In this document: piece after piece, positions 1 to 9,603 of the stretch
How positions within the stretch are numbered: position 1 is the stretch's first letter
How the letters are laid out: each line of letters opens with the position of its first letter
Assembly: GCA_002423205.1 (NCBI GenBank)
Contig: DIUZ01000023.1
Span: 638-64,637, forward strand
Source: Micavibrio sp. UBA6145
GTDB lineage: Bacteria; Pseudomonadota; Alphaproteobacteria; Micavibrionales; UBA1664
Direction: 5' to 3'
Length of the DNA: 64,000 nt
Position numbers and translations under genes: made by a program
Notes under the pieces: model-generated
The model's input: only the letters and a program-made list of their open reading frames with translations
Databases searched by the model: none
What the model was told of the DNA's origin: nothing

Positions 1-25
1 TCAAGGGGCCAGAGAATGTTGTTAC

Positions 26-415
26 TTACAGGCTGAGGGTACCGTGGCGGGCGGCTATCTGCGCCTCTGCGGGCGCGCCTTCGTAAATGTCCTCGGCCCT
101 GAAACCGGCGGCAAAAAAACGGTCTGCGTTTTCATGGAAGGTACAGCGGGTTTCGCCGGCCTTGCGGGCCAGATTGCAGGCACCGAACGTGGTGTCGTGC
201 GTGCAGCGGCGGATTTCGACCTTACCGCTTGAGATTGATGGGTGCGATAAGCCCTCAACACGAGGGGATTGGGCGTTGAACCGGAACAACTGGTGCAAGG
301 CACCCAGTGCCTGCGTTTCGGTCAGGTCATCAGTCGTTTGTGCGGACGAGGCTTTGGTTTCCATGCGCTGGAGCACGGGCTCCCACGGGCCGGTTCTGGT
401 CGGATAGTGCGTCAT
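26..415 (-). CDS. hypothetical protein (129 aa)
   Basis: Open frame only. No family recognised. It lies downstream of the ABC exporter gene on the same strand. The start is uncertain because there is an internal Met at residue 18. Confidence 0.3.
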   Translation of the reverse strand: MTHYPTRTGPWEPVLQRMETKASSAQTTDDLTETQALGALHQLFRFNAQSPRVEGLSHPSISSGKVEIRRCTHDTTFGACNLARKAGETRCTFHENADRFFAAGFRAEDIYEGAPAEAQIAARHGTLSL

Positions 416-454
416 GAGGTTTTCAATAACCGATCACGTGCACACGCGTCAAAT

Positions 455-2308
455 TTACGCCCCCAGAAACCCACCGGATTGCAGGCCCCACAGGCGGGCA
501 TACAGGCCGCCGCGGGAGAGCAGCTCGGCGTGGGTGCCGTCTTCGACGATTTTACCCTGGTCCATCACGATCAGGCGATCCAGATGGGCGATGGTGGACA
601 GGCGGTGCGCGATGGCAACAACCGTGCGCCCTTCCATCAGGTGTTTGAAGGAATCCTGGATCATGCGTTCGGATTCTGAATCAAGACTGGCCGTGGCCTC
701 ATCCAGCACGACGATGGGCGCGTCTTTCAGCACAGCCCGTGCGATGGCAATACGCTGGCGCTGGCCGCCGGACAATTTCACGCCGCGTTCACCGACGGTG
801 GCGTCATATCCCATGCCGCCCTTGGTGTCGCGCAGGGAGCCGATGAAATCATGCGCCTGCGCGATGCGTGTGGCGTTTTCGATTGCGGCGTCATCCGCAT
901 CAAGGCGACCATAGGCGATATTGTCACGCACGGTGCGGTGAAGCAGGTCAGCTGATTGCGGGATAAAGGCGATGGAATCGCGCACACTATCCTGTGTCAC
1001 CTGCGCGATATCCTGACCGTCGATCAAAATGCGGCCACCCTGCACGTCATGCAGGCGCAGCAGCAATTGCATCAGCGACGATTTTCCAGCGCCGGATGGG
1101 CCAACAAGACCCACGCGCTGGCGCGGCGGAATGCGCAGTGTGAAATTGTCGAACATCGGGCGCGATGGATAGTTAAACGTCATGTTTTCAAAAACGATGG
1201 ACGGTTCACGCACCGTGATCACCCCCGCCCCTGGTTTGTCGGTGACGTCATGCGCCTGCACGATGGCTTCCATGCCTTCCTGCACCTCCCCCAGACGTTC
1301 AAAAAACGCGGTGTACACTTCCGTCAGCCAGAACGTGGCCTGAATCATGGACAGCGCCATGGGCAGGATCATAGTGATCTGCGCCGTGGTCATGCCGCCC
1401 TGCTGCCAGCCATGGACGGTCGCCAGCACCAGCGCGAACATAAAGACGGAGTTGATGACGTGCTGTGCCCGGAACATGGTGGTAACTTTGAGTTCCCATT
1501 CCGACGCGGCGTCAGAGACATCATGCAGGGCTTCGCGGAAATAACGGTCTTCGTATTCGCGGCGCGCAAAAATCTTGACCAGAAAAATATTGGTGAGGAT
1601 ATCGACAAAGCGTCCGCGCATGACGGATCGCTTGCGCGACGTGCCTTCGGCCAAGGCGCGGATGCGCGGCACGAAGTAACCGAGATTGATTGCATACAAG
1701 ATCATGTATGCGGCGGTGAAACCGGCGAAGCTGGAGCCGATCCAAGAGAAAATGGCCAGCGTGGTCAGGAACATCACGCCCGCATAAATGAAAGGGCCGG
1801 TGATATCGCTCAGGATGAGGCGCATGGCATAGGGCATTTCCACGACCTTGCCGGCCAGACGCCCGGCGAAATCATCCTGGAAATAACGGTAGGAATGCCT
1901 GTGCAGGTACAGCGCCAGCTGGCGGCGGATCATCGCCGCGTAATAGGCCAGTGTCTTGGAGCTGAGCCAGCCCTGAAAATTATACAGTGCGGGCGCAAGG
2001 ATAAGGACCAGCACGGTATAGGCCGCAAGCCACGACCCAAGCGTGATCCAGATCGTGTCGCGGTTTGCGCTGTCGACGAACGAGCCCACGATTTTGCCGA
2101 AGAAGAACGGCGCAAGCGCCGAGAGGATACCTGCGCTGATGCCCAGCAGGCACAGCGCGATAAAGCGCGCCTTGATCTGGCGGGTGAAAAACCACACGAA
2201 CGGTATGACGCGGTTCGGGAGCCGGTCGAGCCCCTCGTCCGGCAACTGGTCAATCGTCTGCGGGAAATCAAAAAATTTCATGGGCCCAGATGTAATGCAC
2301 GGGCCCAT
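455..2308 (-). CDS. ABC transporter, fused permease/ATP-binding protein (exporter type)
   Basis: Hydrophobic N-terminal half, then Walker A GPSGAGKSS, signature LSGGQRQRIAIARA and Walker B VVLDEATASLD. An alternative start is Met10 at 2281. Confidence 0.9.
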   Translation of the reverse strand: MGPCITSGPMKFFDFPQTIDQLPDEGLDRLPNRVIPFVWFFTRQIKARFIALCLLGISAGILSALAPFFFGKIVGSFVDSANRDTIWITLGSWLAAYTVLVLILAPALYNFQGWLSSKTLAYYAAMIRRQLALYLHRHSYRYFQDDFAGRLAGKVVEMPYAMRLILSDITGPFIYAGVMFLTTLAIFSWIGSSFAGFTAAYMILYAINLGYFVPRIRALAEGTSRKRSVMRGRFVDILTNIFLVKIFARREYEDRYFREALHDVSDAASEWELKVTTMFRAQHVINSVFMFALVLATVHGWQQGGMTTAQITMILPMALSMIQATFWLTEVYTAFFERLGEVQEGMEAIVQAHDVTDKPGAGVITVREPSIVFENMTFNYPSRPMFDNFTLRIPPRQRVGLVGPSGAGKSSLMQLLLRLHDVQGGRILIDGQDIAQVTQDSVRDSIAFIPQSADLLHRTVRDNIAYGRLDADDAAIENATRIAQAHDFIGSLRDTKGGMGYDATVGERGVKLSGGQRQRIAIARAVLKDAPIVVLDEATASLDSESERMIQDSFKHLMEGRTVVAIAHRLSTIAHLDRLIVMDQGKIVEDGTHAELLSRGGLYARLWGLQSGGFLGA

Positions 2309-2322
2309 GAAAAGCGAGGGGA

Positions 2323-3273
2323 TTAACCCATAACCGCGCGCAGTTGCGGCATGGCACCGGCGGGGCGGTGCGCATAGGCGGTGCGCAGATCATGCAGGGC
2401 GATATCGACCGCGCGGCGCGTCTGTATCCCGGCGGGGACCATGGGCAGGCGCAGGTTTTCTTCGATCAGGCCGAGCTGGGCGGCAGCATATTTGACCTGG
2501 CAGGGCGACGGATCTTCCTCGCCCGCCACCTTGACGAACATGGCGTCGTGGAGCGGCATCAACTGCAGGTGAATGCGCGCAGCTTCCGCACCGTCGCCAC
2601 GGGCATGCGCGTTGAAGAGGTTGGCGCATAAACGCGGGGCAATGTTGGACGTCACAGAGATCGCACCATGACCGCCGAGTTGAAGGAAGCGCAGCACATT
2701 TGCGTCTTCGCCGGTCAACTGGATGAAGTCGTCGCCGGATGCCGCGCGGGTCTGGCCGACGCGGTGCAGATCATTGGTCGCGTCTTTGACGCCGACGATA
2801 CGCGGCAGTTCAGACAGTGCGGTTTGCGTGTCGATGCTCATATTCGCAACGGTGCGGCCGGGCACGTTGTACAGAATGATCGGCAGGTCGGTCGCGTCGT
2901 GGATCGCCTTGAAATGCGCGTAGATGCCGCGCTGGCTCGGCTTGTTGTAATAGGGCACGACCTGAAGCAGGGCATCGGCGCCTGCGTTCTGCGCGATGTG
3001 CGACAGCTCGATGGCTTCTGCCGTGCTGTTGGCACCGGCACCGGCGATGACGGGCACGCGCCTGTCCGCGACGCGCACGGCGGTGCGGATCAGCTCGCCC
3101 TGTTCGCCCATAGTCAGGGTCGGCGATTCACCGGTCGTGCCGCAGGGGACGAGCCCCTGAATGCCTTCGGTGATCTGCCAGTCGACAAAGTTTTCGAACC
3201 TGTCGAGGTCAATGGAGCCGTCTGCGCGCATCGGCGTTACAAGCGCTGTGAAGTAACCGTGAAGATTTGTCAT
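2323..3273 (-). CDS. dapA: 4-hydroxy-tetrahydrodipicolinate synthase
   Basis: N-terminus FTALVTPM...GLVPCGTTGESPTLT and overall DHDPS-family pattern. 316 aa. Confidence 0.85.
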   Translation of the reverse strand: MTNLHGYFTALVTPMRADGSIDLDRFENFVDWQITEGIQGLVPCGTTGESPTLTMGEQGELIRTAVRVADRRVPVIAGAGANSTAEAIELSHIAQNAGADALLQVVPYYNKPSQRGIYAHFKAIHDATDLPIILYNVPGRTVANMSIDTQTALSELPRIVGVKDATNDLHRVGQTRAASGDDFIQLTGEDANVLRFLQLGGHGAISVTSNIAPRLCANLFNAHARGDGAEAARIHLQLMPLHDAMFVKVAGEEDPSPCQVKYAAAQLGLIEENLRLPMVPAGIQTRRAVDIALHDLRTAYAHRPAGAMPQLRAVMG

Positions 3274-3287
3274 AGGCGAGACATAAG

Positions 3288-3322
3288 CAAAACGACCACT
3301 GGTTATGCCAATGGTCGTTTTT
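3288..3322 (-). terminator. intrinsic terminator hairpin between sucA and dapA
   Basis: Inverted repeat acgaccactgg / ccaatggtcgt flanked by A/T runs on both sides. It sits about 55 nt downstream of the sucA stop on the minus strand. Confidence 0.55.
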
Positions 3323-3377
3323 CATGCTCGATGCAAATTTTGCATTATAGGCGGCAGGGCCACCTTTTAAGCCATTG

Positions 3378-6326
3378 TTACTTGCTGACCGTCAGGGCCT
3401 TTTCCGTCAGGCTGGCCTGTTCCACGGCGTGGCGCTTGGCCGAACCGGTGGCCGGGGCTGCCGCTTCGGGGCGACCGACATAGGTCGGACGACCCGCCTT
3501 GTGCTTGAGGGTGGTCAGCACTTTTTCGATGCGGCGGTCGACGAAGGTCCAGTACCCCTGGTTCTCCGCTTCTTCCTGGCACCAGACGACTTCGGCGTTC
3601 GGGTAACGGCCCAGTTCTTCGGCCAGTGCGTCGGCCGGGAACGGGTAAAGCTGTTCGACACGCAGGATGGCAACATCCTTGATCTCTTTGGCTTCACGCG
3701 CTTCAAACAGGTCGTAATAGACTTTGCCGGTGCACAGAATGACACGCTTGATGTCTTTGGGTTTGTTGATCGCACCCGTGGCTTCCGCTTCGTCCCAGAG
3801 AACGCGGTGGAAGGTGGTGTCGCCCATGAAGTCGTCGATACGGCTGACCGCGCGCTTGTGACGCAGCAGCGATTTCGGCGACATGACGATCAAAGGTTTA
3901 CGGAAGTTACGCTTCAACTGACGGCGCAGGGCGTGGAAGTAGTTGGCAGGCGTCGTGATGTTGACGACCGACCAGTTGTCTTCAGCCGAGTTTTGCAGGA
4001 ATCGTTCAGGACGCGCGGATGAGTGTTCCGGACCCTGGCCTTCCATACCGTGCGGCAGCAGCATGACAAGACCCGACATGCGCAGCCACTTGGTTTCCGA
4101 CGATGAAATATACTGGTCGATGATGACCTGTGCGCCGTTGACGAAGTCGCCGAACTGGCCTTCCCAGAGCACAAGGGCGTTGGGGTCAGCCAGCGAGTAA
4201 CCGTAATCGAAGCCGAGAACGGCGGCTTCGGACAGCGGCGAGTCGAATGCTTCGAAGAATGCCTGATCCTTGGAGACATTGCGCAGCGGGTGGTATTTTT
4301 TCTCGTTCGTCTGATCGTAGATGATCGCATGACGGTGCGAGAACGTACCGCGGCCCACGTCCTGACCGGAAATGCGCACGACGTGTTGTTCAGCGAGCAG
4401 TGAACCAAACGCAATGGCTTCGCCCGTACCCCAGTCGAAACCTTCGCCGGTTTCGAACATTTTCTTTTTCGCTTCCAGCTGGCGCAGGATTTTCGGGTTG
4501 GCGTTGAAATCAGCAGGCACTTGCGTCAGCGCGGTGGACAGCGCCTTCATCGTATCCTTGCTGATGGCCGTCTTGGCGCGGCGCGCTGAACCGGCGTAGT
4601 CGACTGATTGCTCGATACCGGTCCACACACCTTCGAGCATGTCGGCGCGGTTCGGTTTGTAGGCTTTGGATGCCTGGAAGTCTTTTTCAAGACGGGCGGT
4701 GAAATCATCCGCCATGCCTTTGGCATCGGCTTCCGGCAGAACGCCTTCGGCAACCAGCTTGTTCGCGTATTGCGTGCGGGTGGTCTGCAGTTCGGCAATC
4801 GCCTTGTACATCAGCGGCTGGGTGAATGCCGGTTCATCGGATTCGTTATGGCCGTGGCGGCGGTAGCAGATGATGTCGAGCACGACATCTTTCTTGAACG
4901 CCTGACGGAATTCGATGGCAAGACGCGCCGCGCGCACGACCTGTTCCGGATCGTCGCCGTTGACGTGGAAAATCGGTGCCGAGAGCATTTTCGCGACATC
5001 CGTGCAATACGGACCCGAGCGCGAGTAAGACGGCATGGTGGTGAAGCCGATCTGGTTGTTGACAACAACGTGGACCGTGCCGCCGACCTTGTAACCATGC
5101 AGTTCGGACATCATCAGGGTTTCAGCGACCAGACCCTGGCCCGCGAATGCCGCGTCACCATGGATGAGCAGCGGGATCACTTGCGCGCGTTCGGTATCGT
5201 TCAGTTTTTGCTGCTTGGCGCGGACACGGCCGACAACGACCGGGTTCACGACTTCAAGGTGCGACGGGTTCGGGGTCAGCGTGACGTGGACGGTACCGCC
5301 CGAAAACTGGCGGTCAGATGACGCGCCAAGGTGGTATTTCACGTCACCGGAACCCAGAACGTCGTCCGGAGTCGAAGGTGTGCCCTGGAATTCAGAGAAC
5401 AGCGCCACGAACGGTTTGCCGAGAACGTTGGTCAGCATGTTCAAACGGCCACGGTGGGCCATACCGAATACGACTTCCTTCACGCCAAGCTGCGAACCAC
5501 GGTCGAGGATTTCTTCAACCGCAGCGATCATCGATTCACCGCCTTCAAGACCGAAGCGTTTGGTACCGACGAATTTGACCTGCAGGAATTTCTCAAGACC
5601 TTCGGCAATCGTCAAGTTGCTGAGGATTTTTTTGCGCGTCTGCGCATCAAAGCCGACATTGTGTTCGTGTTTTTCAAGACGGTCCTGAATCCAGAAACGC
5701 TGGTCCGGGTCGGTGACGAACATGTACTCGACGCCGAGCGTGCCGCAGTAGATTTCAAACAGGCGTTCCATGATCTGGCGCAGGCTTGCCTGCTGGAAGC
5801 CAAGATTGCCGTCGAGGAAAATCGGGCGGTCGTAATCACCGGCGGTGAAACCCCAGTAGCCCGGATCAAGTTCAGCGTGCGACGGCACTTCGCGCTGGTG
5901 CAGCGGATCGAGATCGGCGCGGAAGTGGCCGCGCATGCGGTAGGCGCGGATCAGCATCATGGCGCGCAGCGTATCGCGCGCGGATTGCTGACCGGCGGGC
6001 GTCGACAGATCGGCGACGGCCTGCGTCTGCACGGGGGCGGCAGCGGCAGCGCGCGGCGGCATGTAGGAAACATTGGATTGCGGCAGGTCGACGTTGGCAC
6101 CCGCGGCGTGGAAGCTGCGATTTTCGGCGCGGTTTTCTTCCGGCGTCCATGAGGGGCCGTGCAGTTCGCGCAGCAGGGTGATTTCGGCGTCCGAGAGATC
6201 ACGGAAAAATTCGGACCAGCCCTGCGCCACGGAAGCGGGGTTGCGCAGATACTGCGTATATATGTGTGCGATGTACTCGGCGTTGACGCCCGAAAGAAGC
6301 GATTTGGCGGCGGCGTTTTGTGACAT
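3378..6326 (-). CDS. sucA: 2-oxoglutarate dehydrogenase E1 component
   Basis: 982 aa. The N-terminus MSQNAAAKSLLSGVNAEYIAHIYTQYL is typical of SucA, and E1o-like sequence continues throughout. I chose the ATG at 6326, which has AGGGAA upstream, rather than the ORF-track start at 6656. Confidence 0.9.
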   Translation of the reverse strand: MSQNAAAKSLLSGVNAEYIAHIYTQYLRNPASVAQGWSEFFRDLSDAEITLLRELHGPSWTPEENRAENRSFHAAGANVDLPQSNVSYMPPRAAAAAPVQTQAVADLSTPAGQQSARDTLRAMMLIRAYRMRGHFRADLDPLHQREVPSHAELDPGYWGFTAGDYDRPIFLDGNLGFQQASLRQIMERLFEIYCGTLGVEYMFVTDPDQRFWIQDRLEKHEHNVGFDAQTRKKILSNLTIAEGLEKFLQVKFVGTKRFGLEGGESMIAAVEEILDRGSQLGVKEVVFGMAHRGRLNMLTNVLGKPFVALFSEFQGTPSTPDDVLGSGDVKYHLGASSDRQFSGGTVHVTLTPNPSHLEVVNPVVVGRVRAKQQKLNDTERAQVIPLLIHGDAAFAGQGLVAETLMMSELHGYKVGGTVHVVVNNQIGFTTMPSYSRSGPYCTDVAKMLSAPIFHVNGDDPEQVVRAARLAIEFRQAFKKDVVLDIICYRRHGHNESDEPAFTQPLMYKAIAELQTTRTQYANKLVAEGVLPEADAKGMADDFTARLEKDFQASKAYKPNRADMLEGVWTGIEQSVDYAGSARRAKTAISKDTMKALSTALTQVPADFNANPKILRQLEAKKKMFETGEGFDWGTGEAIAFGSLLAEQHVVRISGQDVGRGTFSHRHAIIYDQTNEKKYHPLRNVSKDQAFFEAFDSPLSEAAVLGFDYGYSLADPNALVLWEGQFGDFVNGAQVIIDQYISSSETKWLRMSGLVMLLPHGMEGQGPEHSSARPERFLQNSAEDNWSVVNITTPANYFHALRRQLKRNFRKPLIVMSPKSLLRHKRAVSRIDDFMGDTTFHRVLWDEAEATGAINKPKDIKRVILCTGKVYYDLFEAREAKEIKDVAILRVEQLYPFPADALAEELGRYPNAEVVWCQEEAENQGYWTFVDRRIEKVLTTLKHKAGRPTYVGRPEAAAPATGSAKRHAVEQASLTEKALTVSK

Positions 6327-6448
6327 TGATTTTGGTTCCCTATCCGTGAAGCCTGAAGCGGCTTGAGACATAGCATAACCGGCTATTAAAAAAAGGGAAA
6401 AGCGCCAAGGCTTGACGGCTGCACCGTTAAGGGCCACAACCGCCAGGC

Positions 6449-7093
6449 ATGGAAAATACCCCCGCCCCGATCCAACAGAATGACGACACGCTGGACGATG
6501 CCAGCCTGTCCGAACTTTTCTCAACCGTATTAGGCCGTTACAAAGGCCAGACGGTATCAATCGGCACCCTGGTCGAGGCGCTGCATGAACGCGGTTTTGG
6601 GGTTTTGCTGATCCTGTTTTCGCTGCCCCTGTGCATTCCCATTCCAAAGCCCCCACCGGTCGACACGATATTGGGGCTGCCGCTTTTTTACTTAAGCCTG
6701 CAGATGATTTTGGGCCGTGACCGCCCGAACCTCCCGCAGAAGATTTTGAACAAGACGATTTCGGTCGATCTTTTGATCAAAGCGTTCAAACGCGGTCGCA
6801 AGTGGCTGGAAAAATTCGAAAAACTTTTCCGTCCGCGCCTGACACGCACAATTTCGGAACATCACCTGGCGCGGATCTGCGGCGTGCTGGGCATGGGGCT
6901 GACCTGTTCAGTGCTGGTCCCCTTCCCGATGAGCAACACGGTGCCGAGCCTGTGCATGGTGATTATGGCTACGGGCCTGATCAGCCGCGACGGCCTGGCG
7001 TCGATTATCGCCGGCATTTTCGGCACGGCGTGGGTGATTATGCTGACGGTGCTTGCGGCGCTTGGCGGCGAGTGGCTGCTGAAACTGGTCTGA
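6449..7093 (+). CDS. exopolysaccharide synthesis ExoD-family membrane protein
   Basis: Segment ERGFGVLLILFSLPLCIPIPKPPPVDTILGLPLFYLSLQMILGR plus C-terminal transmembrane segments match the ExoD-family pattern. Confidence 0.7.
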   Translation: MENTPAPIQQNDDTLDDASLSELFSTVLGRYKGQTVSIGTLVEALHERGFGVLLILFSLPLCIPIPKPPPVDTILGLPLFYLSLQMILGRDRPNLPQKILNKTISVDLLIKAFKRGRKWLEKFEKLFRPRLTRTISEHHLARICGVLGMGLTCSVLVPFPMSNTVPSLCMVIMATGLISRDGLASIIAGIFGTAWVIMLTVLAALGGEWLLKLV

Positions 7094-7622
7094 GCGGGAC
7101 CATACCCATAATTGCGAGGACGCGTTTGTAATCCCGGTAGACCATGCCGTGGTCGCCGTTGGTGCCGACCACGCGTTCCGGCGGGATGACGGTGATGTTT
7201 TCCGGGTGGTCCTCGACACAGACAATGCGCGACACCGGGATCTGCGGGTTGCGGCCCATCCAGTCCCGGATGCCGTCATCCTTGTGATGCTCACCGATGG
7301 CGTCGGGGTCGCGGGCGTAGAGCCAGTCCTTTTGAATGCCCGCGTTATCGAGACGCTTTTGCAGGATATGGCCTTCGTTTTTGCCGTGGCGCGTGATCAG
7401 GACGATGCGAAAATTGTATTGATTAACAAGCGTTTCGACATGGCGTGTGGCGTCAGCGGAATAGATGCCGTCGCATTCGCCCTGCATGTGAAAGTAAAAC
7501 AGGTTGCCCAGATGCGGCGTGCTGCCCAGCATACCCTTGGTCATCACGCCCTCAAGATCGAGAAGCAGGATATTGACGTCGTTGTCTTTGAGATCGGGCA
7601 AGGTGCTGGTATGAAATGACAT
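7038..7622 (-). CDS. hypothetical protein, HAD-like N-terminal motif
   Basis: NILLLDLEGVMT resembles HAD motif I (DxDG), but Glu replaces the second Asp. Nothing else is recognised. The 3' end overlaps exoD convergently by 56 nt. Confidence 0.4.
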   Translation of the reverse strand: MSFHTSTLPDLKDNDVNILLLDLEGVMTKGMLGSTPHLGNLFYFHMQGECDGIYSADATRHVETLVNQYNFRIVLITRHGKNEGHILQKRLDNAGIQKDWLYARDPDAIGEHHKDDGIRDWMGRNPQIPVSRIVCVEDHPENITVIPPERVVGTNGDHGMVYRDYKRVLAIMGMVPLRPVSAATRRQAPQAPSA

Positions 7623-7650
7623 GCTCAGGTTCTAAAGGATAGACGCGATT

Positions 7651-8175
7651 ATGACATCAAATTTCTTTGCCGCCCTGCAAAACCGGGCCGTCTATGTCAA
7701 CATGGCGGCGGCGGCGGCAGCGCTGGCAGCGGCATTCACCGCGCAGTATGTTTTCCACCTCGCCCCGTGTGAGCTGTGCCTGATGCAGCGCATGCCTTAT
7801 GCGCTGATCATCGTGCTTGGCGTTTTATACGCGTGCGGATTTCGCCGCGATGTCGTGATCCTTGGCATCATGGCACCGGCCTTTGTCGTGGCCACGGGCC
7901 TTGCCGGATTCCATGTCGGCGTCGAACAAAAATGGTGGGAAGGCTTCACCGCGTGCAGCGCGCAACTGAATGCCAATGATTTCAATACACTGCGCGAACA
8001 AATTCTCAACGGACCTCAGGCGCGGTGCGATGACATCGCATGGTCGTTCATGGGCATCAGCATGGCCGGGTTTAATTTCCTTTATGCACTGGTACTTAGC
8101 GTGTTTTCCTTCAGCGCCATTTTAAAAAAAAACCATAACATCCCTCAAAAGAGAACCCCCGCTTCAGGGGGATGA
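7651..8175 (+). CDS. dsbB: disulfide bond formation protein B family
   Basis: Four hydrophobic segments. CELCLMQRMPY matches the CxxC motif of DsbB, and a second Cys pair lies in the later loop. Confidence 0.75.
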   Translation: MTSNFFAALQNRAVYVNMAAAAAALAAAFTAQYVFHLAPCELCLMQRMPYALIIVLGVLYACGFRRDVVILGIMAPAFVVATGLAGFHVGVEQKWWEGFTACSAQLNANDFNTLREQILNGPQARCDDIAWSFMGISMAGFNFLYALVLSVFSFSAILKKNHNIPQKRTPASGG

Positions 8176-8232
8176 AGCAGGGGCCTAAAGGGATTACCCT
8201 TAGCTCGGTAGCGGCGGTGCCGCTTGTGTCTC

Positions 8233-8628
8233 TTACGCGGCTTTGCGGCCGCCTTTGGCTTTCCGGTCGGTCAGCAGTTCCGACGGGATCGGCACGCTCA
8301 TGGCGGCCGGGGCCTTGATCTCGTTCATATACGCGTCATATGCCTCGTGGTAGTCACGGTTGACCAGCATATAAAGACGCAGCGTGTCACGCAGATGGTC
8401 GCGCATGAACAGGCCTTCATAACCCAGATACAATTTTTCGATCTGGTCGGTTTCTGCCGCCTTGGCGTTTTTCAACTGACGGTACTCGCGGATGGCCAGA
8501 CGGGCCTTTTCGCGGTGCCGGGCCAGGATCTCGCCCATCTGCTTGACCTCGAGAAACTGCCATGACTCTTTCTTGGTCTGTTTCAGTTTATCGATAAGGT
8601 CGGCTACGCCGTTTTTTGCATTTTTCAT
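8233..8628 (-). CDS. hypothetical protein (131 aa, charged/helical)
   Basis: Open frame with coding-like composition and no recognised family. It is transcribed divergently from the XRE gene across an AT-rich spacer. Confidence 0.4.
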   Translation of the reverse strand: MKNAKNGVADLIDKLKQTKKESWQFLEVKQMGEILARHREKARLAIREYRQLKNAKAAETDQIEKLYLGYEGLFMRDHLRDTLRLYMLVNRDYHEAYDAYMNEIKAPAAMSVPIPSELLTDRKAKGGRKAA

Positions 8629-8919
8629 CGATTATATCCGCCCTTTAAACAGGCGATTCTCACTATTCTATTGAGCCGTTTGTCCGATATTCATGGGTGC
8701 AGGCACCCGGTAGTCCACACACTCTTTATAAAAACAAAACTTATTCTTCTTATTTTTCCATATGTTTTAAGCGTTGGACTTGGCGCTGTCAAGGACTAAA
8801 ATCTTTATAAGTTTGTAAAATCTCTTTTTCTTTCTTGCCTTTTCTCAAATACGAAGTTATGTATAATGCCGAATTAATGCTTTTACTGGCCAATAATAGA
8901 CGGTATAGAAACTCATAAT
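8629..8919. promoter_or_regulatory. AT-rich divergent intergenic region with a TATAAT box (8862..8867)
   Basis: A 291-nt spacer that is clearly more AT-rich than its flanks. A perfect TATAAT lies 53 nt upstream of the XRE ATG. I did not see a convincing -35 element at 17 nt spacing. Confidence 0.3.
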
Positions 8920-9603
8920 ATGACGATCACAACTGCACAAATTCGTGGCGCACGTGGCCTCCTGGACTGGTCCCAGGCGGAGCTGTCGCGCCGGACGGGA
9001 ATTTCGACCACGTCCATCGGCAATATCGAGAGCGGACACACGCAGGCACGCGAAAGCACGCTGGCAATCATCCGCGCGGCCTTTGAGCGCGGCGGCATCG
9101 ACTTTATGGGCACGGAAGGCGTCCGCCTCCAGACCGAGTTCATGCATACTTATACCGGGCTGACCGGTCTTTCGGATTTCATGGACCATGTCTATGAGAC
9201 ATCGAAACAAATGGGCGGCGAGATTGTTCTTTTTAACGCCCACCCGGAAAACTGGCTGAACACGCTGGGTGCCGAATGGGTTGCCATGCACTCCAAGCGT
9301 ATGGCCGAACTTGGCGACAAGATTTCCATGCGCATCACGTCCCGCCCCGGCGAGACACAGTTTATTTCCAAGAGCTTTGCTGAATACCGCTGGTTCCCGG
9401 AAGAATTGTTCGAGAAACGCTGCCTGTACGCCTACGGCGACAACATCGCGTTCGTGAACTTCGAAGAAAAAAATGTATCGGTCGTCGTCCTTAAGCAACG
9501 TGATTTTGCACACGCTTTCCGTGTGCTGTTCAACATTGCGTGGGACAAGGTCGCAACGCAGCCCAAAGAAGGCGAAGTAACACAAGCGCGCGGTAAAAAA
9601 TGA
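8920..9603 (+). CDS. XRE-family helix-turn-helix transcriptional regulator with an uncharacterised C-terminal domain
   Basis: N-terminus IRGARGLLDWSQAELSRRTGISTTSIGNIESG is a canonical HTH_XRE motif. The remaining roughly 160 aa have no recognised family. Confidence 0.8.
   Translation: MTITTAQIRGARGLLDWSQAELSRRTGISTTSIGNIESGHTQARESTLAIIRAAFERGGIDFMGTEGVRLQTEFMHTYTGLTGLSDFMDHVYETSKQMGGEIVLFNAHPENWLNTLGAEWVAMHSKRMAELGDKISMRITSRPGETQFISKSFAEYRWFPEELFEKRCLYAYGDNIAFVNFEEKNVSVVVLKQRDFAHAFRVLFNIAWDKVATQPKEGEVTQARGKK

Noticed and set aside
956-2326. 456-aa plus-strand ORF antisense to the ABC exporter
   Set aside because: The minus-strand frame carries Walker A/B and the ABC signature. The plus-strand frame is Arg/His/Gly-rich with no recognisable domain.
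6327-6656. 110-codon N-terminal extension of the sucA ORF in the track
   Set aside because: The extension is Arg/Cys/Gly-rich and unlike SucA. The ATG at 6326 gives the conserved SucA N-terminus and leaves a normal divergent promoter region.
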